Positions 1 through 14,423 are shown, numbered from the stretch's first letter. The stretch is DNA of 64,000 nt from Eledone cirrhosa (GCA_964016885.1 OZ024742.1:366296001-366360000); one strand, 5' to 3'. Translations and numbers: made by a program. The notes: generated from the letters alone by a model not told the origin.

Positions 1-389
1 AGACAAAAGCTCATCACAGTTAAACGTTTAAAGTAATTTATCCCTGGTCACCCCTACAGCAAACCATTCGTGGTGGGCTTCAGATATATTACTTTTATGA
101 TATATATCATGGTAGGACATCTCGTTGATGCTCTCATGTTAGCATCAATATTTATTTACAAGATAAATATGTGTGAAATCATTAGGTATAGAGGTGAGAG
201 TGTGTGTGGGAGCTCCCAGTTACGATGTCTGGTTCGATCTGTTATGAATCTATTGCTCAAATCCCATTGGTCTTCACTGTACTTTTAATCAATTTAGTGG
301 ATATGTATTTAATAGACTGTATCCACTTTTCTGCAAATGATAGCCTCCAGTCGCGTAATTTACTTATGTACATAAACTATAATATACAT

Positions 390-454
<65 letters not shown>

Positions 455-573
455 CTTGTGTGGGTACAAATTAAAGAAAAGTGTTCTTGACAGTTAATGT
501 GGAAGCGGAGAAAATTTATATTAAAAGATTGGCTTATTTCTGCATTACCAGCTATTTCACGTTCGTCTAATTT

Positions 574-1013
<440 letters not shown>

Positions 1014-1016
<3 letters not shown>

Positions 1017-1336
1017 GATATTAAATAAATGGAAACTATATTTAAAAACCATATTTATTTCATTATATATATTTCAGGGATATCATATTAACAATATGTT
1101 ATGCCTTCTTCAGACAAAATACAATATAGACAGTTTTATATTGTATTTTGTCTGAAGAAGGCATAACATATTGTTAATATGATATCCCTGAAATATATAT
1201 AATGAAATAAATATGGTTTTATAAATATAGTTTCCATTTATTTAATATCGTAAATATACTCCAAATACTTGTTGAGTGCTTTTATATCAGTTATAAATAT
1301 TTACTAGTTGTAACCCAACAATTTAAATATAACTTT

Positions 1337-1338
<2 letters not shown>
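1014..1338 (+). mobile_element. PLE family C fold-back insertion with complete hammerhead in both arms
   Basis: Inverted arms 1014-1128 and 1137-1252 plus tail, flanked by (TA)n. Homologous to 54667-54929. Confidence 0.8.
1144..1209 (+). ncRNA. Type I hammerhead ribozyme (mirror copy on - strand at 1056-1121)
   Basis: Helix I TATTTTGT/ATGAAATA, CTGAAGA 1152-1158, helix II AGG/CCT, GAAA 1190-1193, palindromic helix III TATATA, AUA triplet. Confidence 0.75.
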
Positions 1339-1390
<52 letters not shown>

Positions 1391-1561
1391 GGAGGTATAT
1401 ATTGTGCATGCTGTCATACACACCGTTATGATGAAAAGTGTTGTATTATTTCAACTTCTATTTACCTGATTTTATCCAGTTAGGTTTGCCCTATATGCAA
1501 ATTGCCATCACCAACGCAACAGCCATATAGACTGTAGCCTATTTTTGTTTCAGTAGCAAAT

Positions 1562-1620
1562 CGGTAATTGTCACTGATGACAGATAAACATGCCGAAATA
1601 GGTATGTAGTATTCTTACCG
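1562..1620 (+). ncRNA. Degenerate type I hammerhead motif
   Basis: CTGATGA 1574-1580, GAAA 1595-1598 and GTA, enclosed by CGGTAA/TTACCG. Proximal helix I is mismatched. Confidence 0.45.
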
Positions 1621-2621
1621 CACTGTGATAGCTGTGACATGATCGTGGCTTTTAAAAATATTCATAGCGAGATTCTCTGATGTTTATTATACATATACAC
1701 CCTTATGATACAATACGTTATGTTAGTGCCACTTCTAATATAGGTTTATGTACAGTTTACACGTTTTGTTCATATTTTTGTCTGCCATCTACAGTAAATT
1801 AATTATTATTGATGCTGCTTCTACTCCGATAGTTGACATGTTACCTATTTTAATTTTGAGGAAATTATACTTTGATTGCTTTTCACCATCCTCTAGGCAT
1901 TACTTTGTTCGAGATGTTAGATATGTCTATGAGAGAGCATTCAATAGCATTGTAATAGCAGTGGTGGTGGAAGGAAGAGGCTATATTGATTTTTTTTATG
2001 AAAGAAATTTCAAATTTACTCTGCTGTAAACACAGTCAATGTCAATTACTTTCATTTAAATTTGTCAGTAATACAGGGCTACTACAGTTCCCTCTTATTT
2101 AATCTATAGCTACCTTTTAATAGCGGCCTTCTTTCCATAAAGTTCTTTGTTACCAGTATTATAGAAATATTAGTGAATCCGTAGCGCCAACAATACACGC
2201 AGCTATACTGTTGAAGGTATTACAGTTTTAGAGATCAGGATTTCTAAGCCATATACACCACGATAACCGAACAGAAGAATAAGCTTAGAAATTGTGAGAT
2301 TTGCGTTTTAAGGAAATTAGTGGTTTATATAAGAATAGCCTGATAATTTATTACAGACACGTGGTAGTGATTAATGATAAGAATGGTGTTTTATAATATA
2401 TTTCTACGATATAGTTAAATAAATGATCAGTGTTAAACTACAGACGAAATACAGAGATAAATGTATGAGGAGCATTGGAGAAATAATTTCAAGGACAAAT
2501 GTAGGGTTAGAATCTACGACATTGTGATTGGAAATAGAGCTGGTTATTGTAGTTATTGTATGTTTGTGTACATTTTAAGGAGTTACAGATAATATATTTA
2601 TTTCCAAGGATACACGTGTAC

Positions 2622-2668
<47 letters not shown>

Positions 2669-2693
2669 CATTTTATTAAGGGGAAATAGTGAG

Positions 2694-2738
2694 TCTTGTC
2701 CCTCTTTCGCCTGTTTATCATGGGATCATCAGATAAGA
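2694..2738 (-). ncRNA. Degenerate hammerhead motif in a short (TA)n-flanked element
   Basis: Minus strand reads TCTTAT CTGATGA TCC...GGC GAAA GAGGG ACAAGA. Helix III and the triplet are decayed. Confidence 0.4.
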
Positions 2739-3040
2739 ACAATGAATATTAACACTTTACTTCGGTATTGAGTACTCCTTTCTCTCAGCCGTCAACCACA
2801 TACGGATATATATATATATCCAGTGGGTGTAACTAGGAGTTACTGCAGGTTCACCCGGGTGAGCACTCGATAGCATTTTAAGAGGGTCCGTCGAGCTGCC
2901 GATTATTGAGTCGGGTAGGATCGACATAGATCGAACCTTGTGCTGATCAGTGGCGAAACGCGCGTCACCTATAAATAAATGCAATGAAGGAATAATCAAT
3001 CGTCCTTTTTATCCTTTCTCTCTCTCTATATATATATATA

Positions 3041-3989
3041 TATTTATTAAAATAACAGATTAAAGTTTAAGCAAAGAATCGCTGCTTTCACCCTTAACGG
3101 GATCTTCTGAAACTAACAAAGTCAATCTGTAAACGCAGAAGTGGATATTTCAAAAAACGTTGCAACCGGAGGAAGACAGGAAGACGATACTTTGGTTCGT
3201 GGTAACGTTCGCTGGCTAAGAACGGGAAAAAACGAATATAATACGTCATTAATAGGAGCAGAGAAAAACAATTACGCGTAAAGACAGAACCACGTTTATG
3301 GTATAAAAGAGGTCGTAGACTAATGTTCTCTTGGGTGGTTCATAGAGTCGTTCTCTGGCAATGAACGAAAAAAACGAAGATAATAAGTCATATGTGGAGC
3401 GTAGAGAACAATAGCACGCAAAGACAAAACCACGTAAACGGTATAGTAGAAGTCGTAGACTAAAATTCTAACTAGGAGACCGAATGAATCTCCGCTACAG
3501 AGTTAAGAACAAAGTAAATAAATACAATACAGAAGTAATAGAAATAAATAAATACATACACGCAAACAAATACGTACATACACAAGCATACGCAAAACAC
3601 TTACCATAGGTATACAAAACCACGCACATATAAATATGTGTGTGTGTATGCGTGTATACAAATAAATAAATAATTATATAAACGTATATAAATAAATAAA
3701 TACGTATATAACAAGCGCACACACATACCTACATGTAATACACGAATGTTCGGAGACGTAAGTCAACTAAAACATGAAGTACACATATACACACACCCTA
3801 CATACGTACGAACCTGCATACTCACACAGACGCAAAACTTTCGTCCCGTTAAGGGTGAAAGCAGCGATTCTTTGCTTAAACTTTAATCTGTTATTTTAAT
3901 AAATATTTGCTCTAGGGTTCTTATATATTTCATATATATTTATCCTTATCGAGCCCTCTTTGGATTTTAGTCTTCAAATTCATTATTAT

Positions 3990-3990
<1 letters not shown>
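3041..3990. mobile_element. Family D inverted-repeat element in (TA)n (probable PLE derivative)
   Basis: ~62-bp inverted repeat at 3041-3102 and 3844-3906 plus tail. Internal ~140-bp imperfect tandem duplication (3220-3330 and 3363-3470). HHR-like CAGAAGA..GAAA on the - strand. Pieces recur at 50735-51165. Confidence 0.6.
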
Positions 3991-4030
<40 letters not shown>

Positions 4031-4032
<2 letters not shown>

Positions 4033-5122
4033 AGATAGAAAAATGCGTACAGCAAAAAAAAGTAATATTGTTGGAATATAAACCTTTAAAAATACAGGAC
4101 AAGAAACTAAAATAAAACTTTAAAAGAATAGGACAAGAAACTAAGATAAAACTTTAAAAGAATAGGACAAGAAACTAAGATAAAACTTTAAAGAATTGGA
4201 CAAGAAATATAAAATTTTACAATAATATTAGTGGCACAATTTTTATTGATAAAAAATCGAGTTCCACATTCATAGGCTCTGGGTTCCACATTCAGAGGTC
4301 GTCGTCAGACCGGGGGGATCATTTTATCCTGGTTTGAACACCAATTGGGCCATAACCATACCCCTATTTCATCATTCGGCGACACGCGTCATGTGTCATG
4401 CATAATGTGAATGGACCCATGGGCCCATGAGCACAGATCTTGAGCAGCAGCAGACGGTCTTGTCGTCCCGCTTATCCTTGATCTTGACCAACCCGTCCAT
4501 CTTCTCCTTGCATCTTGTCCTTGAGTTCAAGTCCGGCAGTCAAGATGAATGCGTGCCACAGCTTTCTGGTACAGGAAGGGGGAGAAGGGGGACTGGAGGG
4601 ATGACGGGACAGAGGGAGGGAGGACCGGTGGTTGAGGGAGGTGCCGTAGTCGGTTGTCAGAGTCGACATCTTGTCCCGGTCGTCTTCTCCATCTTCGTCT
4701 GGTGTTGCGGGACCAGAAGTGCATTCTTGGAGGAGACCTGCAGCTGCATCGGCCAATTCTTCTTGCAATGGTCATTCTGACGGAGCAGAACTGCTCAGCC
4801 AACCAACCCCAACCAGAACCAACCGCTCAGGGGCAACGCACAATGAGAGCATGACAATTATTATGCACTAATGAAGAAGATACTGGGGCATAGCACAGGA
4901 AACGAATAAAAAAATTTTGCCACTAATATTATTGTAAAATGTTTTATTTCTTGTCCAATTCTTTAAAGTTTTATCTTAGTTTCTTGTCCTATTCTTTTAA
5001 AGTTTTATCTTAGTTTCTTGTCCTATTCTTTTAAAGTTTTATTTTAGTTTCTTGTCCTGTATTTTTAAAGGTTTATATTCCAACAATATTACTTCTTTTG
5101 GTGTACGCATTTTTCTATCTGG
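4031..5122. repeat. ~205-bp inverted repeat with internal ~33-bp tandem subrepeats around a GC-rich core
   Basis: 4031-4235 is the near-perfect reverse complement of 4917-5122. GGACAAGAAACTAAGATAAAACTTTAAAAGAAT-like unit occurs about four times per arm. Confidence 0.9.
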
Positions 5123-5295
5123 TCTACTATTTTTTAAGGCAATGCAAGCAACAACTATCTAATAATTAAATGATCATAGTGAATTACTGACAAGTGATTG
5201 ACATTTTAAAGTTCTTTTGAGTATAATTGCAATCTAGTTGAGGCAACTGGCTTATTGACAAAGCTAGTAAATCATGAATGCATTTGAGATGATTA

Positions 5296-5755
5296 GTGCA
5301 TAAAAGTGAATTGGTGAAACTTTTGCATTTCAATGGTGTTACAGCAATAGATGTAAGTTATATAGTAGTAATACTTTATCATTTTAACTTTTTAGAATGG
5401 ACAAAACCCATGCAAAGAAATGACTTTGACTGCAGTGATTCTCTCCAATTTACTTACAAAGCAAAACGTGGTCAAATACCTTATCATCTCTGATAAAATG
5501 CCCATTGAATCACTGAAAATCGGATGCATGGAATTCCTCATAAAATGCACCTATGAATCGGAAGCCATCACATATATCAATGGATATAGGGAGTTGTTCA
5601 CACTGGAAGACCATCACTTCATTTGTGACTTCATCAGTTATCTCCACGATTATCTCAGACACCCAATGCCATTGATGAGAGGTGATCCAATGTGTGAGCA
5701 TGTAACTAATCTTATAGAAGTTGTTATCGACCACCTGGCTTTTAGTGACATTTGA
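5296..5755 (+). CDS. Unknown small protein, spliced (43-nt intron 5353-5395); 5' end uncertain
   Basis: Removing GTAAGT...TTTTTAG joins two track ORFs in frame: ...LLHFNGVTAID|NGQNPCKEMTLTAVILSNLL...HLAFSDI*. Non-repetitive, protein-like composition. Confidence 0.55.
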
Positions 5756-5935
5756 CTGATTTGACTGACAATGATGTATTTTTAAAAAGTATGTGTACAT
5801 TCTTGTTACTATTTTAAGGCAATGCAAGCAACAACTATTTAATAAAATTTAAATTTAAAAATGACCATTGTGCATTACTAGTATGATGACATTTTATTAA
5901 GTCACAAAATTATTCAGTCAGCCATAGAACAAGGA

Positions 5936-6730
5936 TCAGATGGCAAAAACATTGGCAAAAATTTGTGTCAATTTAAGATTTCCAACATTGTTCAAATGAA
6001 TCATATCTGGTTTGAAGTCAGATTTGTCAAATTTTGACCAATTTTCAATGTTGTGAAGATTGGGCAAGTTCAATTTTTGAATCATTTCTTTCATGCAGTA
6101 ATTAAACTTTTCCAAACGAGAATTTCTCTTGCCCAAGTCATTTTTATTTTCAATTACACTTTGTGGACGTGGAATGACACCACTGTAGAAAATGGGTGTA
6201 CAGTGGTGCTTTTCCGCTATTTTCTGTAGCCTTGCAAAGAGACTCTTCCCTGTTTTTCCGGTTTTGTGCCTCGAATGGGCACTTTGTCCTTAATTTACAA
6301 ATAAATGATTAATAAAAAATACTTGGGCAAAAATTATTGTATTACTTTGCACAGCTTTGTAGTGCCAACGGTGCGACGAGGATTCAGATCATTAGAGCCG
6401 ACATGAACCACCAATACTTTCACAAAAGGACAACAGATAACAATGTTGGCGATTAACATTACCTGGCCCTGACGGGCTCCAGGTATACAAAATATCTAAG
6501 TATTTTTGTTGGTATGATAAGTAAATACATTTGAATTAATATTTTTATACCTTCTGGTCATTCGATTTCGCCACATTTCTAATTATGGATTTGTAAAAAC
6601 TGGCATGAATGTGAATTTGATCAGTCCAATTGCCCGATTTTAGTGAAAAGTTTTGATTCGAAATGGAAATACCCCATTTCTGTGCCATGGAAAAAATGAA
6701 TAAGCCGATCAAAAAGCCGCGAAACATCAT
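5936..6730 (-). pseudogene. Intron-containing SGNH/GDSL hydrolase (esterase) of the TE-borne type, probably frameshifted
   Basis: Four SGNH blocks in order: YKSIIRNV (GDS-like), FCIPGA, VLVVHVGSND, and IFYSGVIPRP...KPDMIHLNNVG. Phase-0 GT-AG intron 6550-6496 (55 nt). Second GT-AG intron 6345-6289 (57 nt) needs a 1-nt frameshift near 6250 or an alternative acceptor. Confidence 0.8.
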
Positions 6731-7668
6731 TTTTAATTAAGCGAAATTAGTGGATGCAAATCTCAGAAAATATTGTACACTATTCGCACTTATCGCACTA
6801 TTCGCACCTATCGGTACAAAAATATAGCGCACTATTCGCACCTATCGGTACAAAAAATCGCACGACTCTTAATAATACTAGAAGTGCAAACTATCTGTTG
6901 AATACCTGGTATATGAAGAGCAACCGATACGATCGGTCGGCGATCGGTCTTGAAGAAGAATGAAGAATGAAGTGAAATTTTGGTCTGGTTGTTGTCATCG
7001 GTGTTTCGCAGAGATGCTGGCACGAACAAAGGTGTCAGTGACACAAAGTTGTCCGCTTGAACAAAGGTGTCGGTCCGACAAAGGTGTCAGTCAGACAGAC
7101 AGTCAGACATTGTCACAGTCGGTGCGACAAAGCGATCGATGCGATTAAAAAAAATTTAACTCACATGTTTACCTATATTTTCGCAAACTATTGATAGATT
7201 GGTACAAAAAATAGCTTTGATAATAAACATAAATTGTTAATGAAGTATTTAAAAAGCATTTTAGCAGTGAAAAGTGAAGTAATGTTTCACACTGACGCAA
7301 GTAGGGCCGTTCAGAAATAACGTAGTCAATTAGGAGGAGGGGATTCGGCGATTTGACTAACATAATCACAATCTCAAGAGTTCCGCCGAAAAAAATTCGT
7401 CATTTCTGGATTACCTCCCCTAGCGTCACGCTTACTACTCACTCACTTGAACACAAGATTTATCAGCAAACTTTGATTATAAACTTTTTCCCGCTGGACC
7501 AAATTTCTAGATTTTTAAACCAAAAGATGCGTAATGATCTACTGTTCATGCTCATATAAGTTTTATCTCAGTTAAATAAAGTAGAGCCGCGCTGTACTGT
7601 CGTAAACAGACGATTGCCAACGAAAACACGACCACAACAATATTACTAAACGGACTACCGTCCGTTTA

Positions 7669-7717
<49 letters not shown>

Positions 7718-8324
7718 TGTGTGTGTGTGTGTGTGTTTATGTCAAAGGTAATGAACTATGCCACTGAATGTACGATTGTGGAATCACGTTTACTTAGAAT
7801 TATATATGAGCTTCTTAATATTACAGTATTTTAAATTCTATTGTAAATATTAGTGTCTCTAAAGTACTCTGTAGTAGTCAACCACCTATGTTTACCATCA
7901 ATATACATGGTCCCATAACTCCCGATGGAGTCGTAGGTTACTGTATTGATATAAGGCGTTTCTAGGGTATTTTAAAACCTAGTAAAGCCCCAAACTCTCC
8001 AGGTTTGAATACAACACATTTCTTCCAGGGAAGGAAAAAGATGGTCAGAGAATAGAAGTGAGACAGTGGTATAGAGGAAGAATCGACCTCAGTACTAGAC
8101 TGGTACTTTTTTTATCGACTTTGAATGGATGAGAAGGCAAAGTTGACCTCGGCTAGATTTGATCTCAGAGAGCAGACAGTCGAAAGAAATACGATAACAC
8201 TCTACCTGACGTTCCAACGACTCTGTCAGTTCGACACAACCCCAATAAAACATTCGACATTTATACACGGTATTCCAACATATTTTTGAAATTATCGTCA
8301 TTATATATTTATAAGAATGTTGGA

Positions 8325-8500
8325 TGGCAGTATGGGTAGAGCGTCAGACACCATGATTTACAGCATAGAGTTATGGCCCTTTACGTTCTGAGTTCAAATC
8401 CCGCTGAGGTTAACTTTGTCTTCCATCCTTACGGAGTCGATAAAAAAAGTACCAGTAATGCACTGGGTAATTGCTGGCGTTGTGCCAAAAGTAGACACAA
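8325..8500 (+). mobile_element. tRNA-derived SINE
   Basis: A-box-like TGGCAGTATGGGTAG, B box GAGTTCAAATCCC, body ...TCCATCCTTACGGAGTCGATAAAA..GTACCAG. Six homologous copies in the window. Confidence 0.8.
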
Positions 8501-8847
8501 TTACATATTGATAAGAAAGTAGTATTGGAAAGGACTATAAATGCCATGAGAGGAAAAAAGGGGAAGAGGAAGGACTACTAGAACAAAGGAATTAATAAGT
8601 GGGGAGGGGGGGGGACACACAAACTCTACACCTATGTCCGAGTGGTGTTTCAGCTGCACCCCTGGACAAAATGTCAAAGGCATTTCCATGGACAATGGCC
8701 AGCTACATACGCTGCAACAGCTATCCCAGCTCAGTATTATCAAGTCATTGGTTCATTATCAATCTGAATCTTCAACAACCGATACAGTGTATTTAATCAT
8801 ACTGTAACTTTAGGCCTCTTGAAAGTAATCAACAAGCAAAGGTTGAC

Positions 8848-9090
8848 CCCTTTCTTCTTCTTCTTTGTCTGCGCCCATTTATTCTGGAGAGGATCGTGGG
8901 GGGTCAGAGTCGTCAAACACTCCTTCCAGCAGGTCCTGTCAGATGCAACCCCACCCCAACTAGTCCGGCAGGATCTCCAAGGGAGATTAGCCAAGCTCTT
9001 GGATGTTATACAACCATCTTACTCTAGGTCTGCTCGTGGGTCTCCTGCCAGCTGCTTTTGCCCATAAAATCTGTCCCGCGATTCTTTCCT
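8848..9090 (-). mobile_element. RTE-clade LINE 3' fragment
   Basis: Frameshifted RRPTSRPRVRWLYNI...VASDRTCWKECLTTLTP, typical of the RTE ORF C-terminus, followed by a (GAA)n tail. Confidence 0.6.
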
Positions 9091-9578
9091 AAACAAAATA
9101 GTCTAAAGATTTTGAATTTTATGAATATATATAATATCTGAGCTGGCACATTCTTAAAATACGACATCACATTAGTGTTGTTTGATAAATAAGCCATTCT
9201 TTCTGATAGTTATATTCTAATATATCATAGCCAGATAATTGTTGAACCACACACAAAATATGGTGCGTGCTTCTACCACTTATTGCCTGCTTTCATGTAG
9301 AAGTGTCCGACTCGTTTGACCATTAGATATAACTGCTGCCTTCTCTTTGAAATTATTTTGACATTAAGAAAATTGGGCAGCAGAAAATGGTTGATTATAG
9401 CTTGGTGGTGATTCAATTGTCTGAAATTGACGATAGCCATTTTTTTAATATCTTATTTCGGGTAGATTCTTTTGTGTGACTAAGCATTGATTAGGTGTAG
9501 TTCAAATAAGAATTTCCATTTTTGCATCTGTATCAGAGCTTTTAAGTCACGGTTAGCATTCATATTAATCACCCATCC

Positions 9579-9645
<67 letters not shown>

Positions 9646-9747
9646 CATTAACAGTACAGTTACACACACTACACATACCTCCCCCTCATATATACATATA
9701 TATATATGTATATATATACATATATATATACACACACCCATATATAT

Positions 9748-9890
<143 letters not shown>

Positions 9891-9907
9891 TATATTTATA
9901 TATATAC

Positions 9908-10062
<155 letters not shown>

Positions 10063-10068
10063 TATATT

Positions 10069-10102
<34 letters not shown>

Positions 10103-10239
10103 AGAGGAGGAATAACCAAACAAAAGAACATTACTCGACTTTTCCTTTGTTAAAATCCGTTAAATTCCACAGCGTCCCCTCCTCTTCCCCTTCCCCTTCT
10201 CTTCCCCTCTTTTTCCACTCCTCCGAAACTGACCAAGTT

Positions 10240-12255
10240 CACCACCACTACAACACCACCACTACAACACCACCACCAATACAACACCACCACCATTACG
10301 ACACCACCACTACAACACCACCACTACAACACCACCACTACAACACCACCACTACAACACCACCACTACAACACCACCACTACAACACCACCACTACAAC
10401 ACCACCACTACAACACCACCACTACACCACCACCACTACAACACCACCACTACAACACCACCACCAATACAAAACCACCACCACTACAACACCACCACCA
10501 TTACGACACAACCACTACAACACCACTACTACACCACCACCATTACGACACCACCACTACAACACCACCACCAATACAACACCACCACTACAACACCACC
10601 ACCAATACAACACCACCAATACAACACCACTACTACAACACCACCACCAATACAACACCACCAATACAACACCACTACTACACCACCACCATTACGACAC
10701 CACCACTACAACGCCACCACCAATACAACACCACCACTACAACACCACCACCAATACAACACCACCAATACAACACCACCACTACAACACCACCACCAAT
10801 ACAACACCACCAATACAACACCACCAATACAACACCACTACTACAACAACACCACTTCAACACCACTACTACAACACCACCACTACAACACCAACACCAC
10901 TACAACAACACTACTACAACACCACCACTACAACACCACCATTACAACACCACCATAACAACACCACCACTACAACACCACCACTACAACACCACCACTA
11001 CAACGCCACCACCAATACAACACCACCACCATTACGACACCACCACTACAACACCACCACTACAACACCACCACTACAACACCACCACTACAACACCACC
11101 ACTACAACACCACCACTACATCACCACTACTACAACACCACCACTACAACAACACCACTTCAACACCACTACTACAACACCACCACTACAACACCACCAC
11201 TACAACACCACCAACAATACAACACCAACACCATTACGACACCACCACTACAACACCACCACCATTACGACACCACCACTACAACACCACCACTACAACA
11301 CCACCACTACAACAACACCACTTCAACACCACTACTACAACACCACCACTACAACACCACCACCAATACAACACCACCACCATTACGACACCACCACTAC
11401 AACACCACCACTACAACACCACCACTACAACACCACCACTACAACACCACCACTACAACACCACCACTACATCACCACTACTACAACACCACCACTACAA
11501 CACCACCACTACAACACCACTACTACAACACCACCACTACAACACCACCACTACACCACCACCACTACAACACCACCAGTACAACACAACCACTACACCA
11601 CCACCACTACAACACCACTACTACAACACCACCACTACACCACCACCACTACACCACCACCACTACAACACCACTACTACAACACCACCACTACAACACC
11701 ACCACTATAACACCACCACTACAACACCACCACTACAACACCACCACTACAACACCACTACAACAACACCACCACTACACCACCACCATTACGACACCAC
11801 CACTACAACACCACTACTACAACACCACCACTACAACACCACCACTACAACACCATCACTACAACACCACCACTACAACACCACCACTACAACACCACCA
11901 CTACAACACCACCACTACAACACCACCACTACAACACCACCACTACAACACCACCACTACAACACCACTACAACAACACCACCACTACACCACCACCATT
12001 ACGACACCACCACTACAACACCACTACTACAACACCACCACTACGACACCACCACTACAACACCACCACCATTACACCACCACTACTACAACACCACCAC
12101 TACAACACCACCACTACAACACCACCACCATTACACCACCACTACTACAACACCACTACTACAACACCACCACCACAACCACTACCACCACCTCTACGAC
12201 CGCCAGCATCACCACCAGTACCACCACCTCTGCCCACCACCACCACCACCACCAT
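10240..12255. repeat. ~2-kb cryptic (CAC/ACT/ACA) trinucleotide-based tandem repeat
   Basis: Recurrent ACAACACCACCACT-type units. The 704-aa ORF is its translation. Confidence 0.9.
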
Positions 12256-12409
12256 GCTTAATCAGGTTGCAATATGAAAACAATAGAACATTTCATTAAA
12301 TTACATCTGACATTATTTCTTGCAGTCATTTCAAACATGAGAAATAGTTGGTCGTCTGCTTTAATGAAATGGTAAATGAACTCCAAATTTGTTGATATCT
12401 TATTTCAGT

Positions 12410-12487
<78 letters not shown>

Positions 12488-12636
12488 CCTCTCTCTCTCT
12501 CTCTCAGATACACACACACACACACATATATATATATATTCTTAACACAAATGCACGCTACTTAAGGATTCAAACTTCAAACAGCATATCACCATCAGCG
12601 AAACATTCTATATCTACTCGTTTATATATTCCCAGG

Positions 12637-12684
<48 letters not shown>

Positions 12685-12733
12685 ATAAATATATATAAGG
12701 GAGAGAGAACGAGATAATTTATGCATATTCACG

Positions 12734-12774
<41 letters not shown>

Positions 12775-14365
12775 ATGTGTGTGTGTATAAATACCTGTAT
12801 ATATATAGAGAGAGAGAGATAAATACATACACACAGACATATGTGACTTCAAACACCGGATAAAAAATACAGAGTAAAATCAAAAAATGTCTGTATTTTA
12901 GTTTTGTGTTGTCATATATATATTATTTTATCCCCAGACCTCCTCTTCATCATCATCCTCACTGCCACAGATATGTAGATAAGAAAGAGAATATATTTTA
13001 TATATTTTTTCTATTTATCTTTGTGTCTATACAATAGTATATACTACCTATAGTACAACAATAGGCCAGACAGTATATAGCGATGGAAATACTTATATTG
13101 GAATTACGGTTTTCTCAAATTTATTTTCATACTGTTTTATTTATATATTTAAACTAAGGAATATGAAATTTTCTATTCAAAACATGTTGATAATTGACGA
13201 GAGGTCGAAAGGTTTACAGATGAAGACCATAATTTCTTTTTTTTTATTTAATTATGAAAAAGAATAATTCATGTATAAAACCATACAGAGAAGAAATAAA
13301 GATTCAAGACAGATAAAAATGGCAGACGTATAAAAGTTTAAAAACTAAATAGTAAATCCGCAAACATCATTAACGTTTTCATATCTGAATAAGATTTATC
13401 TAAAGGTTAAGGCTAACTCGTTGATTGGTCATCACATTCTCAACTAATCTTCAAACGATTACTTTATCTTCTGCTGAATTTAAAGAAACTGTGAGGAGAA
13501 TCGTAATGGTCGCCGTCGATCGAATTGTCGTCTGCTCAAGTTATGCATTCAAATGTTTCTTCTGTTACGAGGAAGAGATTGAGTTGATAATGTTAAGAAA
13601 TAACCGAGTTTATAACTACTACCCGCTTCAAAGATGTATTATCACGTGTCCTAATGGTTGGACTATTGGACCAGGAGATCTTAGTTTTGATTCTGGGACG
13701 GACCAGCGCGCTGTGTTCATATGCAAAATATTTTCTTTCACCTTGCTTCTTCTACCGAGAGTTGATACCGACAGAGAGTATCGGCTATGAAAAGACCCAA
13801 GAAATAATTTGTTCTTGGTCCCTTCAGACCGTTTGCACATTTTTGTTGTATTTATAGTAAAAGCAGGATGAATATATATATATATTTGAAAGAATCGAAG
13901 TCAGTATGGCAAAATATGTACAAACTTTATTTTCATGTTACAATTGTTTCGATATCGATCAGCTCGGGGTACAATCGAGGTGACAGGGCTCAACTCTTTT
14001 TCGACATCTCATCAAATATGCGAGTTTATACACCACCGCCGTATTCGGTGTGTTCGGTTGCACCAATTGAAATATTCCGTGATTTGCTTCCGTTAATTTT
14101 AAAATAAATTTGTATGCAAATTTGATTAGAGTTCTAACTGAGAATTTGATTACGTATTTCTGCGCAACAATAACAACATCAATAACTATATTAATTTCGG
14201 CCTGTTGGAATATTTCTTTTAAACACATATACAGGCATTCATAACCACACACATGCATAATCAAACAAACATAAACACACATACAAATATATGATGAAAC
14301 ACACACATATACATATACACATATATAAACACACACATATACATATACACACATGTATATATATA

Positions 14366-14423
<58 letters not shown>

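Larger units (their letters stand above)
4031..7670. mobile_element. Composite gene-carrying element (Helentron/Helitron2-like termini), flanked by (TA)n
   Basis: Bounded by (TA)n runs. 13-bp asymmetric inverted repeat AGTAATATTGTTG 4061-4073 / CAACAATATTACT 7635-7647 abutting terminal hairpin CTAAACGGAC-TACC-GTCCGTTTAG 7646-7669. Contains spliced genes. Confidence 0.5.

Noticed and set aside
8325-8410. tRNA gene
   Set aside because: A/B boxes are present but there is no cloverleaf, and the sequence continues into a multicopy SINE body.
10147-12261. 704-aa His/Thr/Pro-rich ORF
   Set aside because: Translation of a C/A-rich simple repeat that can hardly form stop codons. TTG start and no unique domain. 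A similar tract occurs at 42952-43480.
13400-14150. Possible coding or TE fragment
   Set aside because: Higher-complexity sequence but no recognisable motif in any frame, so left unassigned. The same holds for 1750-2600, 45420-45720 and 49380-49860.
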